A stretch of DNA of 64,000 nt from Felis catus (GCF_018350175.1 NC_058368.1:12028001-12092000), one strand, 5' to 3'; numbered from the stretch's first letter, positions 49,612 through 63,305 are shown. A program made the numbers and translations. The notes: generated from the letters alone by a model not told the origin.

Positions 49612-51104
49612 GTATATTACTTTTAAAATAAGACAATCTCTGGAATATAAAACACTCAGTATTATTAATCAGTTAATACCCAAACAGGGACTAGTTGATA
49701 ACTGCTGAAAACAATAGAACAATGGATTATGGGGTGTGAGGACATGGGATGGGCATCTGGAGAGAGGACCCCAAAATCTTGGAGAGAAGGAAAGAAATTA
49801 CTAGCAAAGGGCTGGCTCAGATTCACATGTTTGATTCCCTCCCCTAAACAGTTTGGCAACACCCCAGAAGGTTAGAGAGACCAGAAAAAGTACAAACTGT
49901 GTCAATTATACTACAAACCATTAGTCCAGAATCCCTGTGCAGCCCAGGTGGGTTCAACAATGAACAAATCCAGGCCAGACTGTCCAAAGCATAATTTTAT
50001 TAGGTGCTTCTCAAAGTACAGAGATAAAGGACAAAACCAGATAGGGTGCGTTTGGCTGCAACTAACAGAAAAATCTAGATTCACTGCTCTTGAATAATAT
50101 GGCTACTTTCAAGGCTGGTTATTCAGATACTCAACAACATCTTCAGGATCCCACTGTTTTCTTTCCATCCTTCTGCGCCGCTCTGCCATTTTCAGTCTGC
50201 CAAGATGACTGCCATGGATCCAGACATGGAGTGGAGACAGAGAAATGTCTGGTGGAAGAAAAAGTGTTTCTTTTCAAGTTCTGCTTGTGTCAGTAAGGAA
50301 ACTCGTTTCCGGAGGCCCTTTGGTTGATTTCCTCTCATGTCTCATTGACAGAATTGCTCCTGCCTAAGCCACATACTGGGGGAGGCAAGGAGGTAGCAGC
50401 AATGGCTTACACTGATCATGAAGACACTCTGTAGGGCCTACGTCCCATGGCGATTAGCCATGTGGAGGAGCCTGGATGCCTGAGGAAACATACCCTGTCT
50501 GAGCCTCAGTTCATCTGTAAAACTTTACAAATTGTTTGCAATGAATAAATAAAACCACATACATGATGTGTGAGCCACACAGCAAACCCTCAGTGATTAC
50601 GGGTGTCTTCTGTTCCCTACCTTCAGTTCCGGAATGTGAATCCCTCTTGCCACGCACCAAAGACTTTACTAGGTGGAGAATCACAGAGAGAGCCATAGTG
50701 TCCCTGGCTTTCAGAGAAGATGTTCTTTCTGTTTTCAGTGCTGAAGCTCTAGCTTTGCCTCTTGTGTTGGAGCTGTAGTCTATTATCTCCCTTCAAGAAC
50801 TCAGGGACATTTCAAGATGCTGGCATTATAATTCTCTTGTCAACTTCTCCACAACAGATGACACATAGGCTGCAGAATTTGCCCAGGAAATTAATGGAGG
50901 ATTAAGCATATACATTCCCTGTGTACTGCCCGAAGGAAAAGCAATATTCTCTGGGGTCTCAATCACTATGACTGAAGGTTTCAGTGAGCTGGCCTGGCAG
51001 ATAAAGACCCTTCAGGGGTATATTCAGGGTATGCCCTTGGCCACTGGCCTGCTGCTACCCAGTGATTGCCCTGTTGCCACCTCTGGCTTCCCTAAATCAG
51101 GGCA

Positions 51105-51945
51105 GATAGTGGTCTGACTAATGGAGCAGGGGCTTTGGAGTCAGACAGACCAATCTGTATGTAAATAGCTATGTGACCATGAAGAAGTCAGTGAACTTGC
51201 CTACAGCTCAGTTTATTTATTTTTTCATCTGGAAGGTAAGTGCTATGGACTGAATGCTTGTATTCCTCCTCAAATTCATATGTTGAAATGGTAATCCCCA
51301 ATAGGATATTTGGAGGTGGGACATTTAGAAGAATGCAAGGTCATGAGGGGCAGACCCTCAGGAAGGGCATTCACGGTCTTATAAAAGAGACTGCAGAGAG
51401 GATCTCCTTCCCCTTCCCTGATTTGAGGACACAGTGAGAAGATTGCTATTTGTGAACCAGGAAGCCGATCCTCACCAGATAACAAATCTGCTGGTGCTTG
51501 ATTTTGGGCTTCCCAGCTTCTGGAACTATGAGAAATACATGTCTATTGTTTATAAGCCACCTAGTCCATGACATTCTGTTATAGCAGTCAGAATGGATTA
51601 AGATCGGGCTTTTGGAGGTAGTTAGGTCATGAGAGTGAAGACCTTCTGATGAGATTAATGTCTTTATAAGGAGAGGAAGAGACCAGAGCATGAGAAAATG
51701 GCCATATATGAATCAGGAAGAGGTCCTCACCTGACACAGAATCTGTGGCACCTGGATCTTGGACCTCCCAGCCTCCAGAACTATGAGAAATAAATGTTGG
51801 TTGTTTAAGCCACCATGTTGATGGTATTTTGATATAGCAGCCTGAGAAAAAAAGACAGTAGGTTTAATATCTACTTTACAAATTTGTAAGTTTACAGATA
51901 ACGCATGTAAAAAGTGCCTATCACAGAACATACATTCAATAGATA
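51105..51945 (+). mobile_element. MIR interrupted by tandem MLT1A-like LTR sequence (51241-51604 complete, 51605-51847 partial second copy)
   Basis: MIR head ggctttggagtcagacagacc; MLT1A start tgctatggactgaatg; two tccagaactatgagaaata-type 3' segments; MIR tail resumes ~51865. Confidence 0.75.
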
Positions 51946-51979
51946 ATAACCACTATTTTTAGTAAATGAGTTCATCTTT

Positions 51980-52049
51980 GTGTATATGTATATGTGTATA
52001 TATATTATGTATGTGTATATATGTATATATATAAGTGTATATATGTGTA

Positions 52050-52094
<45 letters not shown>
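51980..52094. repeat. (TA/TG)n plus (CA)n microsatellite
   Basis: Direct tandem repeats. Confidence 0.95.
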
Positions 52095-52097
<3 letters not shown>

Positions 52098-53229
52098 GTT
52101 TATTGAGGTTTAATGTATGTATAATAAAATTCATTCATTTTAAGTGTATGGTTTGGGGAGTTGTGGCAAACATATATCCATATAATCATCACCATAATCA
52201 AGATCTAGAATATTTCTGTTACCACTCCCAGAACTTTCTTTGTGCTTCTTTAGAATCAATTTTCGACCCCCACCCCACTCCAACCTTCTATCCCTGGCCT
52301 CAGGCAATCACTAATTTACTTCCTGCCATTAATGTTTTGTCTTTTCTAGAATTACATAAAAATAGAATCATACACTATAATCTTTTGTATCTGGCTTATA
52401 TATCTTCACGTAACGTTTTTGAGATTTATCCATATTGTGTGTATGTTAGTAGTTAGTCTTATTCTTTTGCTGACTAGAATTCCATGTTCCAGTTGATGGA
52501 CATTTGGATATTTCCAATTTGGAGCTATAATTAATAATGCTGCTATGAACATTCATATCCAATGTGTGCACATATGCCTTAATTTCTCTTGGGTAAATAT
52601 TTAGGACTTGAACTGATAGATCATATGGTATATTTAATTTGATAAGAAAGTACCAACTCTATTCCAAAATGGCTGTAGCATTTTGTATTTTCACTAACAA
52701 TGCAGAGATTTATAGTTGATTTTACTCCTCACCAGTACTTGGTATTGTCATTTCTTTTCATTTTAGCTGTCCTAGTGTGTGGATGGAGACACCTTATTGT
52801 GGTTTTAATTTTTCACTTCTTTCATAACTCATATGCTGAGCATCTTTTCATGTACTCATTGGTCATTAGTGTATCTTCTTTCGTGAAGGGTCCAATCTTT
52901 TGTCCATTTTAAAACTAGGTGGTTTGTCTTCTTATTTTCGTGCTATAGAGTTCTTAGATATTCTGGATTCAAGTCTTTGGTCACATAGTACATTTTACAG
53001 AAGTTCTCTCCCATTTTGTGACTTGCGTATTCATTTTCTCAAGAGTATCTTTCAAAAAGCCTGTTTGTTTTTTATTTTAACCAAATCCAGTGTATTAAAT
53101 TTTTCTTTCATGGTTTGTATTTTTTTGTGTATGCCCCATTTAAGTACTCTTTGCTTATCTAAAGCTTACAGAGATTTTCTCCTACTTTAGTTTTAACATT
53201 TAGACTTACAATCCAGTTCAATTAAAAAA

Positions 53230-53434
53230 ATTTTTAAGACTTATTTTCGAGAGAGAGAGACAGACAGACAGACAGAGCACAAGCAGGGAAGGGGCAGAGA
53301 GAGAGGGAGACACAGAATCCGAAGCAGGCTCCAGGCTCTGAGCTGCCAGCACAGAGCCTGACACAGGGTTCGAACTCAAGATCATGACCTGGGCTGAAGT
53401 CTGTCACTCAACTGACTGAGTCACCCAGGTGCCC
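53230..53434 (-). mobile_element. SINEC_Fc-like SINE
   Basis: Typical body. Confidence 0.9.
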
Positions 53435-53589
53435 TGAGTTCAAATTAATTTTTATGTATGATGTGAAGTAAGGGTCAAGGGTCTTTTCCCATATAGATAT
53501 TAAGTTGCTCTAGCACCATATATTAAAATCCCTTCCCTATTCAATTACCTTGACATCTTTTTTTTTTTTTTTTTTTTAAAGAAAAAATT

Positions 53590-53796
53590 AGCACCTGGGT
53601 GGCTCAGTTGGTTGAGTGCCTGACTCTTGATGTAGGTTCAGGTCAAGATCCTGGGGTCATGGGATCCCCTTATCACACTCTGAGCTAGCTGTGGGGTCTG
53701 CTTGGGATTTTCCCTCTCTCCCTCTGCCCCTCTCACCTGCTCTCTTTCTAAAAACAAAACAAAACAAACCAAAACCAAAACCAAAACCAAAAAAAA
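53590..53796 (+). mobile_element. Older carnivore SINE
   Basis: gcacctgggtggctcagttgg head; (AAAAC)n tail. Confidence 0.85.
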
Positions 53797-54536
53797 TCAC
53801 CTGACCATAAGTGTGGGTCTATTCCTGGACTATCTGTTCATTTTCATTGATCCACACACCCATCCTATGCCAATATGACACTGTCTTGATTAAGGTAGGG
53901 TTATAATAAGTTTGAGATCAGACAGTGGAAGTCTTCTAATTTTTCTTTTTCAAAGTATTTTGGTTATTCTAGGTCCTTTGCATTCCCAAATACATTTATG
54001 CCAATCAACTTGGGGTTTTCTACAAGAAGTCTGCTGGGATTTTGATGGGGACTACATTGAATCTACAGGCTAACTTGAGAAATGATATCTTAACAAGACT
54101 GAATCTTCTGATGCACAAACATTTACCTGTTTATTTAAGTCTTCTTTAATTTCTCTCAGTGATGTTTTGTAGTTTTCACTATAAAGCTATTGTATATGTT
54201 GAATCAAATTTATTCCTAAGTATTTTATTTTTGATGTTATAAAAAGAACTGTTGGGTTTTTTTCCCCTCAATTTCATTTTCTGCTTGTTGTTGGTATATA
54301 GAAATGGAATTGATTTTTGTATGTTGACCTTGATTCCTGTGGCCTCACTAAATTTGCTTACTAGTTCTAGGAGCATTTCTGTGGATTCTTTGCATTTTAT
54401 ATATCCCTGATTTGGTTATCTGAAAATACAGATGGTTTGATTTATTTCTTCCTTTCCAAACTGCATGGCTTTATTTCCTTTTCTTGCCTATTGCATTGAC
54501 TAGGACCTCTAGTAAAGTGTGTAATAGAAATAGAGG

Positions 54537-54955
54537 TGTCAACTAACGAAAGGCCAACCTCAAAAGAGGTTAGCAAATGCTTTACTCAGTTGTCTTACGG
54601 AGGACTGCGGCCTGGGAAACAGTATGTGAGATTGCTCTGAAAGCTCCAAAGCTCACCAGTTAACAGATGATTATATGCAAAAAGGGGAGGGGCTGCAGGC
54701 TTGCAAGCAGTTCTCCAGGGTATAGTTGCACATCACAAGGTACAATTTGTTCCGTTGTAAAAATTGAGGTTGACTGATATCCGTGGGGACATGTGAAAGA
54801 CCCTTCGGTCACGTTGTTTCTGTCATTTCTGATTGTTCAAAAATGCCTCCACTGCATGCCTCCACTCAACTGGTTTTCTGGTTCTTGTTTTTGGTTTCTT
54901 CTTGAGGTTACTTGAGATGGTCACAGGAGGCTGACACCAGCCACCTACTGCAGTT
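54537..54955. mobile_element. Probable solo LTR nested in L1
   Basis: Non-L1 block starting TGTCAAC that interrupts collinear L1 sequence; family not identified. Confidence 0.45.
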
Positions 54956-55526
54956 TGAATGTGGGGGTGGGGGGTAGGGTTAGGGGGTGCTGGTGGCAGT
55001 GGTGGTGGGAGTAGTGGTGGGCGAGGTGGGGGTAGGGCAGAGGCAGTGGAGAGGGTGGGGGAGGGCAGGCATCCTTGCTTGTTACTGATCTTAAGTGGAA
55101 AAATTAGTGTCTTTCACTGATAAGAATGATGTCATCATTTAAATTTCATAAATTCAGTTTATCAGATTATGAAAGTTTCCTTCCAGTTCTAGTGAGCTCA
55201 GAGCTTTTATTGTGAATGGGTGTTTAATTTTGTCAAATACACTTTCTGCATCTATTGAGATGATCATAGGGTTTTCCCACTTTACTGTATTAATATAGTG
55301 AATTATAGTTGATTTTCAAATGTTAAACCAACCTCACATTCCTGAAATAAACGCTACTTTATTTTAAAGTATTATTCTTCCTATCTATTGCAAAATTGGA
55401 TTCGCTAATATATGTAAGGACTTTTGTATCTATATTCATGGTGATGTGATATTGTTTTGTTTTGATGTCTTCAAATGTTTTTGGTATCAGTAATACTGGG
55501 CTTATAAAATAATGTGGAAAATGTGG

Positions 55527-56393
55527 TGTGGTGAAAAATAAGCAAAACAGTGGCCCTCAAAGATATGTCCAGGTCCAAATCCCCAGAATCTCTGAATATC
55601 ATCTCCTGTAGAAAAAGAATCTTGCCAAAGTAATGAAATTAGGTTTCTGGAAATGGGGAAACAGTATTGAATTATCAAGATTGTGCTAAAGAATAAAAAT
55701 TCAACTAATACCTCTGAAGATCTAATTGGCTTTCTTCGAGGATTCAGGAACCATTCCTTCTAGTAAATAGGCATTGGAGGAGCTATATGAGACACAAAGC
55801 TTTTATAGGGGGATCAAGACTAGAACGTTATTAGCAAAAGAAAAGGAAAGATTATTTCAGGGGAGGTTGCCTTCCCTTAGGGGAAGGCAGGGGGTCTTAT
55901 CAGGCAGATCACCTCACTGGTGCTGACCAGGAAATTCCAGACTGATTGGTTTAAAATTCCACTCCTGGGAGAGGCAGAAACTGCCAATTCAGACTTCTTT
56001 TGCTGTCCTGGAAGCAAGGGACTCCACCTTGGGCCTGTTATCTCTTTTTTTTTTCTTTTTTTTTTTTTTAAGCAGCTATAACTGCAATCATAAATGTCCT
56101 TACTAGTGACAGGCAGACAGAGATTTCACACAGTCGGAAAAGGAAAAGGTACACAGAAGAGGCGTCAGTGTAACCGTGGCGGTGTAGATTGGAGTAATGG
56201 GGCCACAGGCAGAAGAATGCTGGAACGGTCAGGAAAATGTTTCCGCCCTAGAGCTGCTGGTGGGAGCAGGACACCTTGATTTTGATCCAATGATGCTGAT
56301 TTGGACTCCTGGCCTCCAGAACTCTGAGGGCATAAATTTCTGTTGTTTTAATATAGGAAATTTGTGGTAATTTGTAAGTAGCCCCAGGAAACA
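55527..56393 (+). mobile_element. MLT1 LTR with a nested class I-like LTR (~55682-56050)
   Basis: ggccctcaaagatatgtccaggtcc...ggcctccagaactctgag...ccccaggaaac; nested block gaagatctaattggcttt. Confidence 0.65.
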
Positions 56394-56540
56394 GAGGAGC
56401 TGTTTCCTTCTTCTGTATATTTTGAAAGATTTTGTATAGGCCTGGTATTATATCTTCTTTAAGTGCTTGGTAGAATTCACCTGTGAAGCTATCTGGGCAT
56501 ATATATTTTTACTCAAAGGATTTAAATGACAATTTCAAGG

Positions 56541-56779
56541 TTTTTTTTTTTTAATTTTTTTTTCAACTTTTTTTTTTTTAATTTATTTATTTTTGGGACA
56601 GAGAGAGACAGAGCATGAACTGGGGAGGGGCAGAGAGAGAGGGAGACACAGAATCGGAAACAGGCTCCAGGCTCCGAGCCATCAGCCCAGAGCCCGACGC
56701 GGGGCTCGAACTCACGGACCGCGAGATCGTGACCTGGCCGAAGTCGGACGCTTAACCGACTGCACCACCCAGGCGCCCC
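56541..56779 (-). mobile_element. Young SINEC_Fc
   Basis: Near-consensus; TSD caatttcaagg. Confidence 0.96.
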
Positions 56780-57020
56780 AATTTCAAGGTTTTAAAATTA
56801 ACATAGAGCTATTTAAATTTCCTATTTCATCCTGAGTTAGTTTTGGTGATTGTGTCTATTAAAGATTTTGCCCACTTCGTTTATATAGTTGAATTTATTG
56901 CCATAAAGTTATCCATTATATTTCTTTATTATTCTGTTAATTTCTGTAGGATCTATGGTAACATCCTCTTTCACTCCTGTGATCATCCGTAGCTTCTCTT
57001 TTGTTCTTCGTATTGGCAGC

Positions 57021-57409
57021 TTTTAGGCAATAGGCTTGAGCAATGGAAACCTCATGAAGGCAAAAGGGCCCACAGCGACCACGTGGCTGAGTACAGACAG
57101 GCCCATCAGGCGACGCACCTCAAAGTATCCCAAAGCCTTAACTAACCAGTGGGCTACATATAATCAGGCGCAGTTAACCAAAAAAGGGAAGATTCCATAA
57201 TCTCCGTACCTCCTAACCTTCCCCCTTTAAATTCAGCCCCCACCCGCTCCCTCAAGGCAGTGTCTCCTATGTTGTCCTGCCCAGCGCTCCCTTGTGGTGT
57301 ATTCAATAAACTTCTATCTCCTTTATTCTGCCTCAGGTGAATTCTTTCACTGCCCCAGATCAGGCTGGCCCACATCTGGTGGCACCCATCTGATGGGGAG
57401 AGATACACA
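57021..57409 (+). mobile_element. 5' LTR of class I (ERV1) provirus
   Basis: Aligns end to end with 62900-63301; TTTAAA box, AATAAA, ends CA, followed by tt-TGG primer-binding site. Confidence 0.92.
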
Positions 57410-60400
57410 TTTGGTGGCTCAGGCAGGGGCATTTTGTGCCCACCCTCCAGCCCCCCCCCATTTGGGGGACCCTGCATGAGGAGACTTTGCTGACCCAAAG
57501 CTCTCCTCAGATTCTCCAGGAATTTCCACGTACTTTCCCTTCGTGGACTGACTCTAGTAATCCTTGGGGAACTGACGACCTCCGGCAGAGGGCGAAGGTT
57601 ACTCCTTGGGGAGGATCGGAAGCCCCAGTGGAGAACTGGCCAGACTGCCCTTGCCAGAAAGGGTGAGGGAGTTTTCCCTTTTGCCCTTCAGAGGGATACT
57701 TCTGTCCCTCTCCTTTCCCTTGAGAGCCTTTCAGCAGCCTACCCCTAATACTTCCCAGACAACTGAAGACCCCTGGCCAGGGCAGCTCCCTGCTGTGGCC
57801 TGAAGGTCTGAGAGCGAGCAGGTTGGACTGTGTGCACCTGTGAAGGAGAAGGAGCCCTTTCGTCTGATTTCTCATTACGTCCCCTGAGCCTGTTTCCAAA
57901 AAGTCTGGCACAGCTGGCAGCCGAAGCTCTCGCAGGGCAAGTCCGTACATGTTAAGGACTTGGTTGGGACCCTCTCCTCATGCCGGCTGACTCTCAGCTG
58001 CCTTGTTCTTTATGGCTCCCGCCCTTTTCCCTTTGCTTCTGATGATCCAGCTGCCACCTTGATCTGCAGGCCAACCTGTTCCTGTGCATTTGAGCGGTGA
58101 GTCCTCCCCACTCCTTGTTCTAACCTGTTCTGCCAAACTCCTGTCCGGCTCTCCCTGTTGTAAGGGATGCCCCAATAGGAAGTGCGGTGGCTGTTTGACA
58201 TCTGTCCCCGCCCTCTCCTTGGTGGGACACCCCAGAAGAGAGTTGTCTTGTAAGAAGGTCAGGTCCTTTTTCAGGACACCCTAAGTGAAATTTCAGTCAG
58301 GAGTCAGAGCTCCATTCCCTTTGGTGGGATGCCCCTTTGGGAATCGGCAGCCAGTCTTTCCCACTATTCCTCACTCTTCTGTAGAACTCTTATAATACTC
58401 TTTTCCAGCTTAACTTCCTTTGCCAGAACTCCTCCAAATGGTTGGAAATCTTATAGATACAAGCCTTCATGTGTCCTCAAACCCTGGTCTTCACAAAAAC
58501 TGTCTAGCTTGGTTTCATGGCCCTAAATCAGGATCCAAACTAAAGGTCTCTTGCAGAATGTGTTTGGCCACTAACCGGGCTCAAAAAACTCCTCCCAATA
58601 TAATGGATGATTATCTAAATAGGCCTTCTAATAGACCCAAGTTGCTGGAGGAGTCACACGCCATCCTTGGTGAGGGGGCACTCACTCTCATACTGTTCCT
58701 CCTAATGCACCCAGGATACTCTTGTTGAATGTGGGGGCTTCTCCCTCTTTCATTTCCTGGCTTAATGGCTGTGATAATTGGAGCCAACCATTTCCTTTTG
58801 TTTCAGGGAAGCTCTTTGTCTTCTCTAGCCTGACATGGACTGCCTATTTCCCTTTGTTGGTAGAACAAACACCTGCCTTTTCATCTATCCAAGCTGGTGA
58901 ACTTTAGAAACTGGAGTCCTTTTTTTTCTGCTCTCTGGGTTTTATCTGCTTTCAGCCTTGCTGGTGGCACCTCACCTCTTCTGCCTCCCCCTTGCCCTGT
59001 TTCTGTACCACTTCGAGTGTGGTCTTCATAACTGGCGCCTCTCCCATCCCTGTTGCCTCCAGTGCCATTGGCTACTCCTCCTACCCTGACTCTGAAGGAG
59101 TGAAGAGCACCCCCTTGGGCTTACACCGCCCACTTCAGATTTCCCTACCGGTGCCCCAGGCAAAAAATTGACATCGGGGAACAAGTTGATTGACTTTTAG
59201 GTGGACTTAGGTGGCACATAATCAGCATTTAAACTAATTTAAGTTTGTTGATTTAATTAAGATAAACCTGTCTTTAGAGTTATAGCATTAATGATGAAAC
59301 TTTTATTCTACCAGGGTTTACTGAAAGGTGAATAAGCTAATGATCTCTGCTGCAATTTGTCAGCAAAAAGATGACTTAAAATTATGGTTAAATTTGTCTG
59401 TCTCAAAGTTCTCATGGGTAATTGTTAAGCTAGCTTTCAAAGTCTTTGGTAACCTGAAACTTTAGAGTTTTGCTTGGGTGATGGATTGGATTGAATTCAT
59501 TGGACATCTAAGTCTTTTTCAAATGAAATAAAATAGTAAAGCATTGGTTACTAAACGTATGTTTGTGCTTTTGGCTTTTTATTGCAGAGAAGCTGAAGAT
59601 ACTTGAGTCTGTTGGAAAACATGTTTTGTGCTTAACTGATTCATAAATTTGCCATATAAAGAATTCTGATGTAACAGTTCACAATTGATTACTACTTAGT
59701 TTTCACTAGAGACTATGGTTTCTAAGAGTTAAAAATCTGCTAAAGGTAATTAAAACTGATGTAAATAAGGAAAACAACTCTGTATGTAAGAAAATAAGAA
59801 AGAGATGTGTAAGAAAGATGTAAAGAATGAGAATACATTGTGTTGTGGTAAGGGAAAGTAATTTTGTCCTAAAATGAGACTGGTGGTTTGGAGAGAAATG
59901 ACTTGGGATAAAATCTGAATGTGAAAGAAAGTTGTAAAAGGTTTGTGAAGGAAAATGTTTGGAAGAAATTTTATATGTGGTCAGGATGGACTAAGATTGA
60001 AATGAATGGATTTTAAAAGTACACTGGTATAAGTTTGAAATTCTGAATTTCTTTTTGTTAAAAAGATAAAGTTTTATTGGATTGTTAGTCTGCTCTTGAT
60101 AAGAAAATGTAAACAAAGTTTTCTCTTTATCTGCCCAGAAAACCAAAGTTTTTGTGTGTGTGTGTGTTTTTTTTAAATCAGGTCTTTGATTATCTGCAAT
60201 CCTGTTTAAGCATGTGCTTTAAAACTTTCTAAGGTTTTTAATAAACTTTCCTGAGATTTTCTGTGTCATAGCAGTAACTGAATTTCCTTGCCAATTGCAT
60301 CATAATGAACTTTCATATCAGAAATAATAATAATGTCCATTTCTGAGGGGTTATTTTTGGGTCATTTATAGTTATTTTTCTGATGCAAAATGAATTTTGT

Positions 60401-61252
60401 CATCAGGAAGATTCATGAAAAGGACTTTTTTGGGGGGACAAATACAGGTATTTGATATCTTTAAGATCATAAAACTAAAATGGGTAAGAATGTCCAAAAC
60501 TAACTAAAAAGTTGCCTTCAAACTGAACAAGAATTAGTAACATGGGACTAAATGAACTGAAGAAGATGATTATAGTTTTGTGACTTGTTTAAAACATAGT
60601 GTTTGCTCTTCTAGATTAAGGAAATTTTCTCTTAAGATATCAATGACTTACAGAAATGGGATAAAGTATTCATTTGCAAACAAATTGAAACATTCACCTT
60701 TTGTCCCTACCTGAACACTCTGAAATTCAGAAATTCTCAGTGAATATTCTTTCTTTTATGGCAAGTATAGTTATTTGCATAAATTCAGTAAGACTCTGTT
60801 CTCCTTGTATCCTTGTAACAGGACACCATTAGAAACATGTGTTATTTTACCAAGGCTTTGACTGGAATGTTATATTTGAGAGACGTGCATACATTCAGAT
60901 ATGACCAGACAACTTTAAGGAATTAAGGTCGACTTCATGGAGCCAAAGAAACCCCTCGGAAATGTTGGCCTGATACCTTGCTTACAGAGTTCCCAGCAGC
61001 CTTACCAGGTGAGTAAAGAATGTTAATTTCTGGCAGGTACAAGAACCTCAGGATATTTTAGGAATCTCAAGAAGAGGAATTCGCCCAAATCTATTGCATC
61101 ATGTCAGATGGCAAGTATTTGGCTTGGCTTCTGGGCTTGCGAGCCTACTAAAAGTTCTATCTAGAGATTCTCAACAAAAAATTCCAGCAAAGCAGATTTT
61201 AAAAGATCTATCTGACCAATCACTATTTTCTTGCTGAACTTATGTAAATAAT

Positions 61253-61457
61253 GGGGCGCCTGGGTGGCGCAGTCGGTTAAGCGTCCGACTTCAGCCAGGT
61301 GATCTCGCGGTCCGGGAGTTCGAGCCCCGCGTCGGGCTCTGTGCTGATGATGGCTCAGAGCCTGGAGCCTGTTTCTGATTCTGTGTCTCCCTCTCTCTCT
61401 GCCCCTCCCCCGTTCATGCTCTGTTTCTCTCTGTCCCAAAAATAAATAAACGTTGAA
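61253..61457 (+). mobile_element. Young SINEC_Fc within the ERV
   Basis: TSD ttatgtaaataat; very short A tail. Confidence 0.95.
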
Positions 61458-61999
61458 TTTATGTAAATAATTAGGTGAAATTTGTTAAAATTGGATTTGT
61501 TTTTTGAATGAATTAGTCTTGATTTGGCTATCTCTGGAAATAAGGGTGATTTTAGAGAGAAAAACTATGTTTCAATAACACACCTTTGTGTATGTTAAAT
61601 TCTAGTTCTGATTGTCTTTGATTTGTTGTTTGCCTAAGCTAGACAACTCGAAGGAAACTTCAGAGAAATTGCCACAATAGCTCATGTATAGACAATCTTC
61701 ATGCTTGTTATTCTGTGTGGAAAATAAATAACAGGGCCCCATGGACATATGATTATTTGAACAGCTGGATTTCCCAGCAATTGTATAACTCAACTATCAC
61801 TTTGACCAATTCTGTGTGTCTGGGATGACAAAATCACTCCTTAAAAGCCAGAGTGTACCCCATTCTATAGGGTTAATTATGGACTCATGGAGATAGGTAA
61901 TAGATGGCCCAACTTTCCTTATAATTGGATTGGATAATACACTTGGGGACCAGTCTTCTCCCACTGGCCAGTGATCTCTCATAATTAGGATATTGTTAA

Positions 62000-62450
62000 G
62001 GCTAGACAGCAAACAAAGAGGACTTCTTGATGGTTTTATCCCTTAGTCATTTTTGTCCCAGGAGCTGTCTCTATTGAGGCTTTAGCCAAGCACACAGCAG
62101 CCACATTTAACCAAACCCAGCTCATAGTCACCCACCAACTCAGAAGGTAGCCCTCCAAAACCAAATGACCCTTGATACCCTGACTGTGACTCAAAGACCT
62201 ATGTTTTATTGAAACAGAGTGTTATGTGTATACCGCAGATTACCACAAAAATGTGGCAAGGTTACTAAAAGGCTGAAATACTCAAGTTGGCGCTTTAAAC
62301 ATGCCCTCTCTTTCCTTTAGTGATTGGTTAAGCTTCTGGATTAGAGGAGGATTTTTGTCAGCCATCAAAGGACTCTGATTTGGGGTTCTATTTCTTTTTG
62401 TTATTTTAATTATGTTTCCCTGTTTCCTCCCACGTTGCTCCACCAGGTGC
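62000..62450 (+). pseudogene. env: Decayed gamma-type envelope TM subunit
   Basis: IEALAKHTAATFNQTQ, KVALQNQMTLDTLTVTQ (ISD-like), ETECYVYTADY (decayed CX6CC region), hydrophobic GVLFLFVILIMFPC; frameshifted. Confidence 0.8.
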
Positions 62451-62663
62451 CAAGACTCCTTTGTTGCCAGAACTTCAAGCCAATAGATGATCCTTTCTAC
62501 TCAGGGAGATTCATACCTCTGGTTTACCTTGGATTCAGCTGCCTCTGCCTTTCGTAACATATATATATATATAAAATTCCGAACTGACCGGTGTTGACCC
62601 ACAGGAAGGAACATCTCTTTGCCCCTATTCACCTTCAGGAAACTTTAAGATGTAGAGGTCATC

Positions 62664-62876
62664 AGGGCACCTGGGTGGCTCAGTCGGTTGAGTATCTGAC
62701 TTCAGCTCAGGTCGTGATCTTACCGTCCGTGAGTTTGAGCCCCATGTTGGGCTCTGTGCTGACAGCTCGGAGCCTGGAGCCTGCTTCAGATTCTGTGTCT
62801 CCCTCTCTCTCTGCACCAACCCTGCTTGCACTCCATCTTTCTCTCTCTCAAAAATAAATAAACATCGAAAAAAAAA
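62664..62876 (+). mobile_element. Carnivore SINE just upstream of the 3' LTR
   Basis: TSD aagatgtagaggtca/aagatgtaaaggtca. Confidence 0.92.
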
Positions 62877-62899
62877 TTTAAAGATGTAAAGGTCAAAAT

Positions 62900-63301
62900 T
62901 GTTCAGGCAATAGCCTTGAGCAATGGAACTTGATCAAGGCAAAAGGACCCACAGCGACCACCTGGCTGAGTACAGACAGGCCTATCAGGTGACCCACCTC
63001 AAAGTATCCATAGGCCTTAGCTAACCAATGGGCTACTTACAATCAGGCAGGTACCAAAAAAGGGAAAATTCCAAAATCCCCATACCTCCAAACCTTCCTC
63101 CCTTTAAATTCAGCCCCACCCACTGCCTCAAGGCAGTGTCTCCTTTGCTGTCCTGCCCACCACTCCCTTGTGGTGTATTCAATAAACTTCTATCTCCTTT
63201 GTTCTGCTGCAGGTGAATTCTTTCGCTTCCCGGGCCACTGGCATCCACAGGATCAGGTTGCCCCACATTTGGGGCCCCCCATCTGATTGGAAGAGACACC
63301 A
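62900..63301 (+). mobile_element. 3' LTR of class I provirus
   Basis: TG...CA termini, AATAAA at 63181, homologous to 57021-57409. Confidence 0.93.
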
Positions 63302-63305
63302 TATT

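Larger units (their letters stand above)
57410..62899 (+). mobile_element. Non-autonomous ERV1 internal region (leader, AT-rich block, env remnant; no pol seen)
   Basis: Lies between two homologous LTRs; AT-rich 59.2-61.6 kb block with CAG|GTGAGT donor at ~61008, reminiscent of MER4/MER34-group internals. Confidence 0.85.

Noticed and set aside
54961..55068. G-rich tract (also 43877-43909) with G-quadruplex potential
   Set aside because: Low-complexity G runs are common and nothing here indicates function
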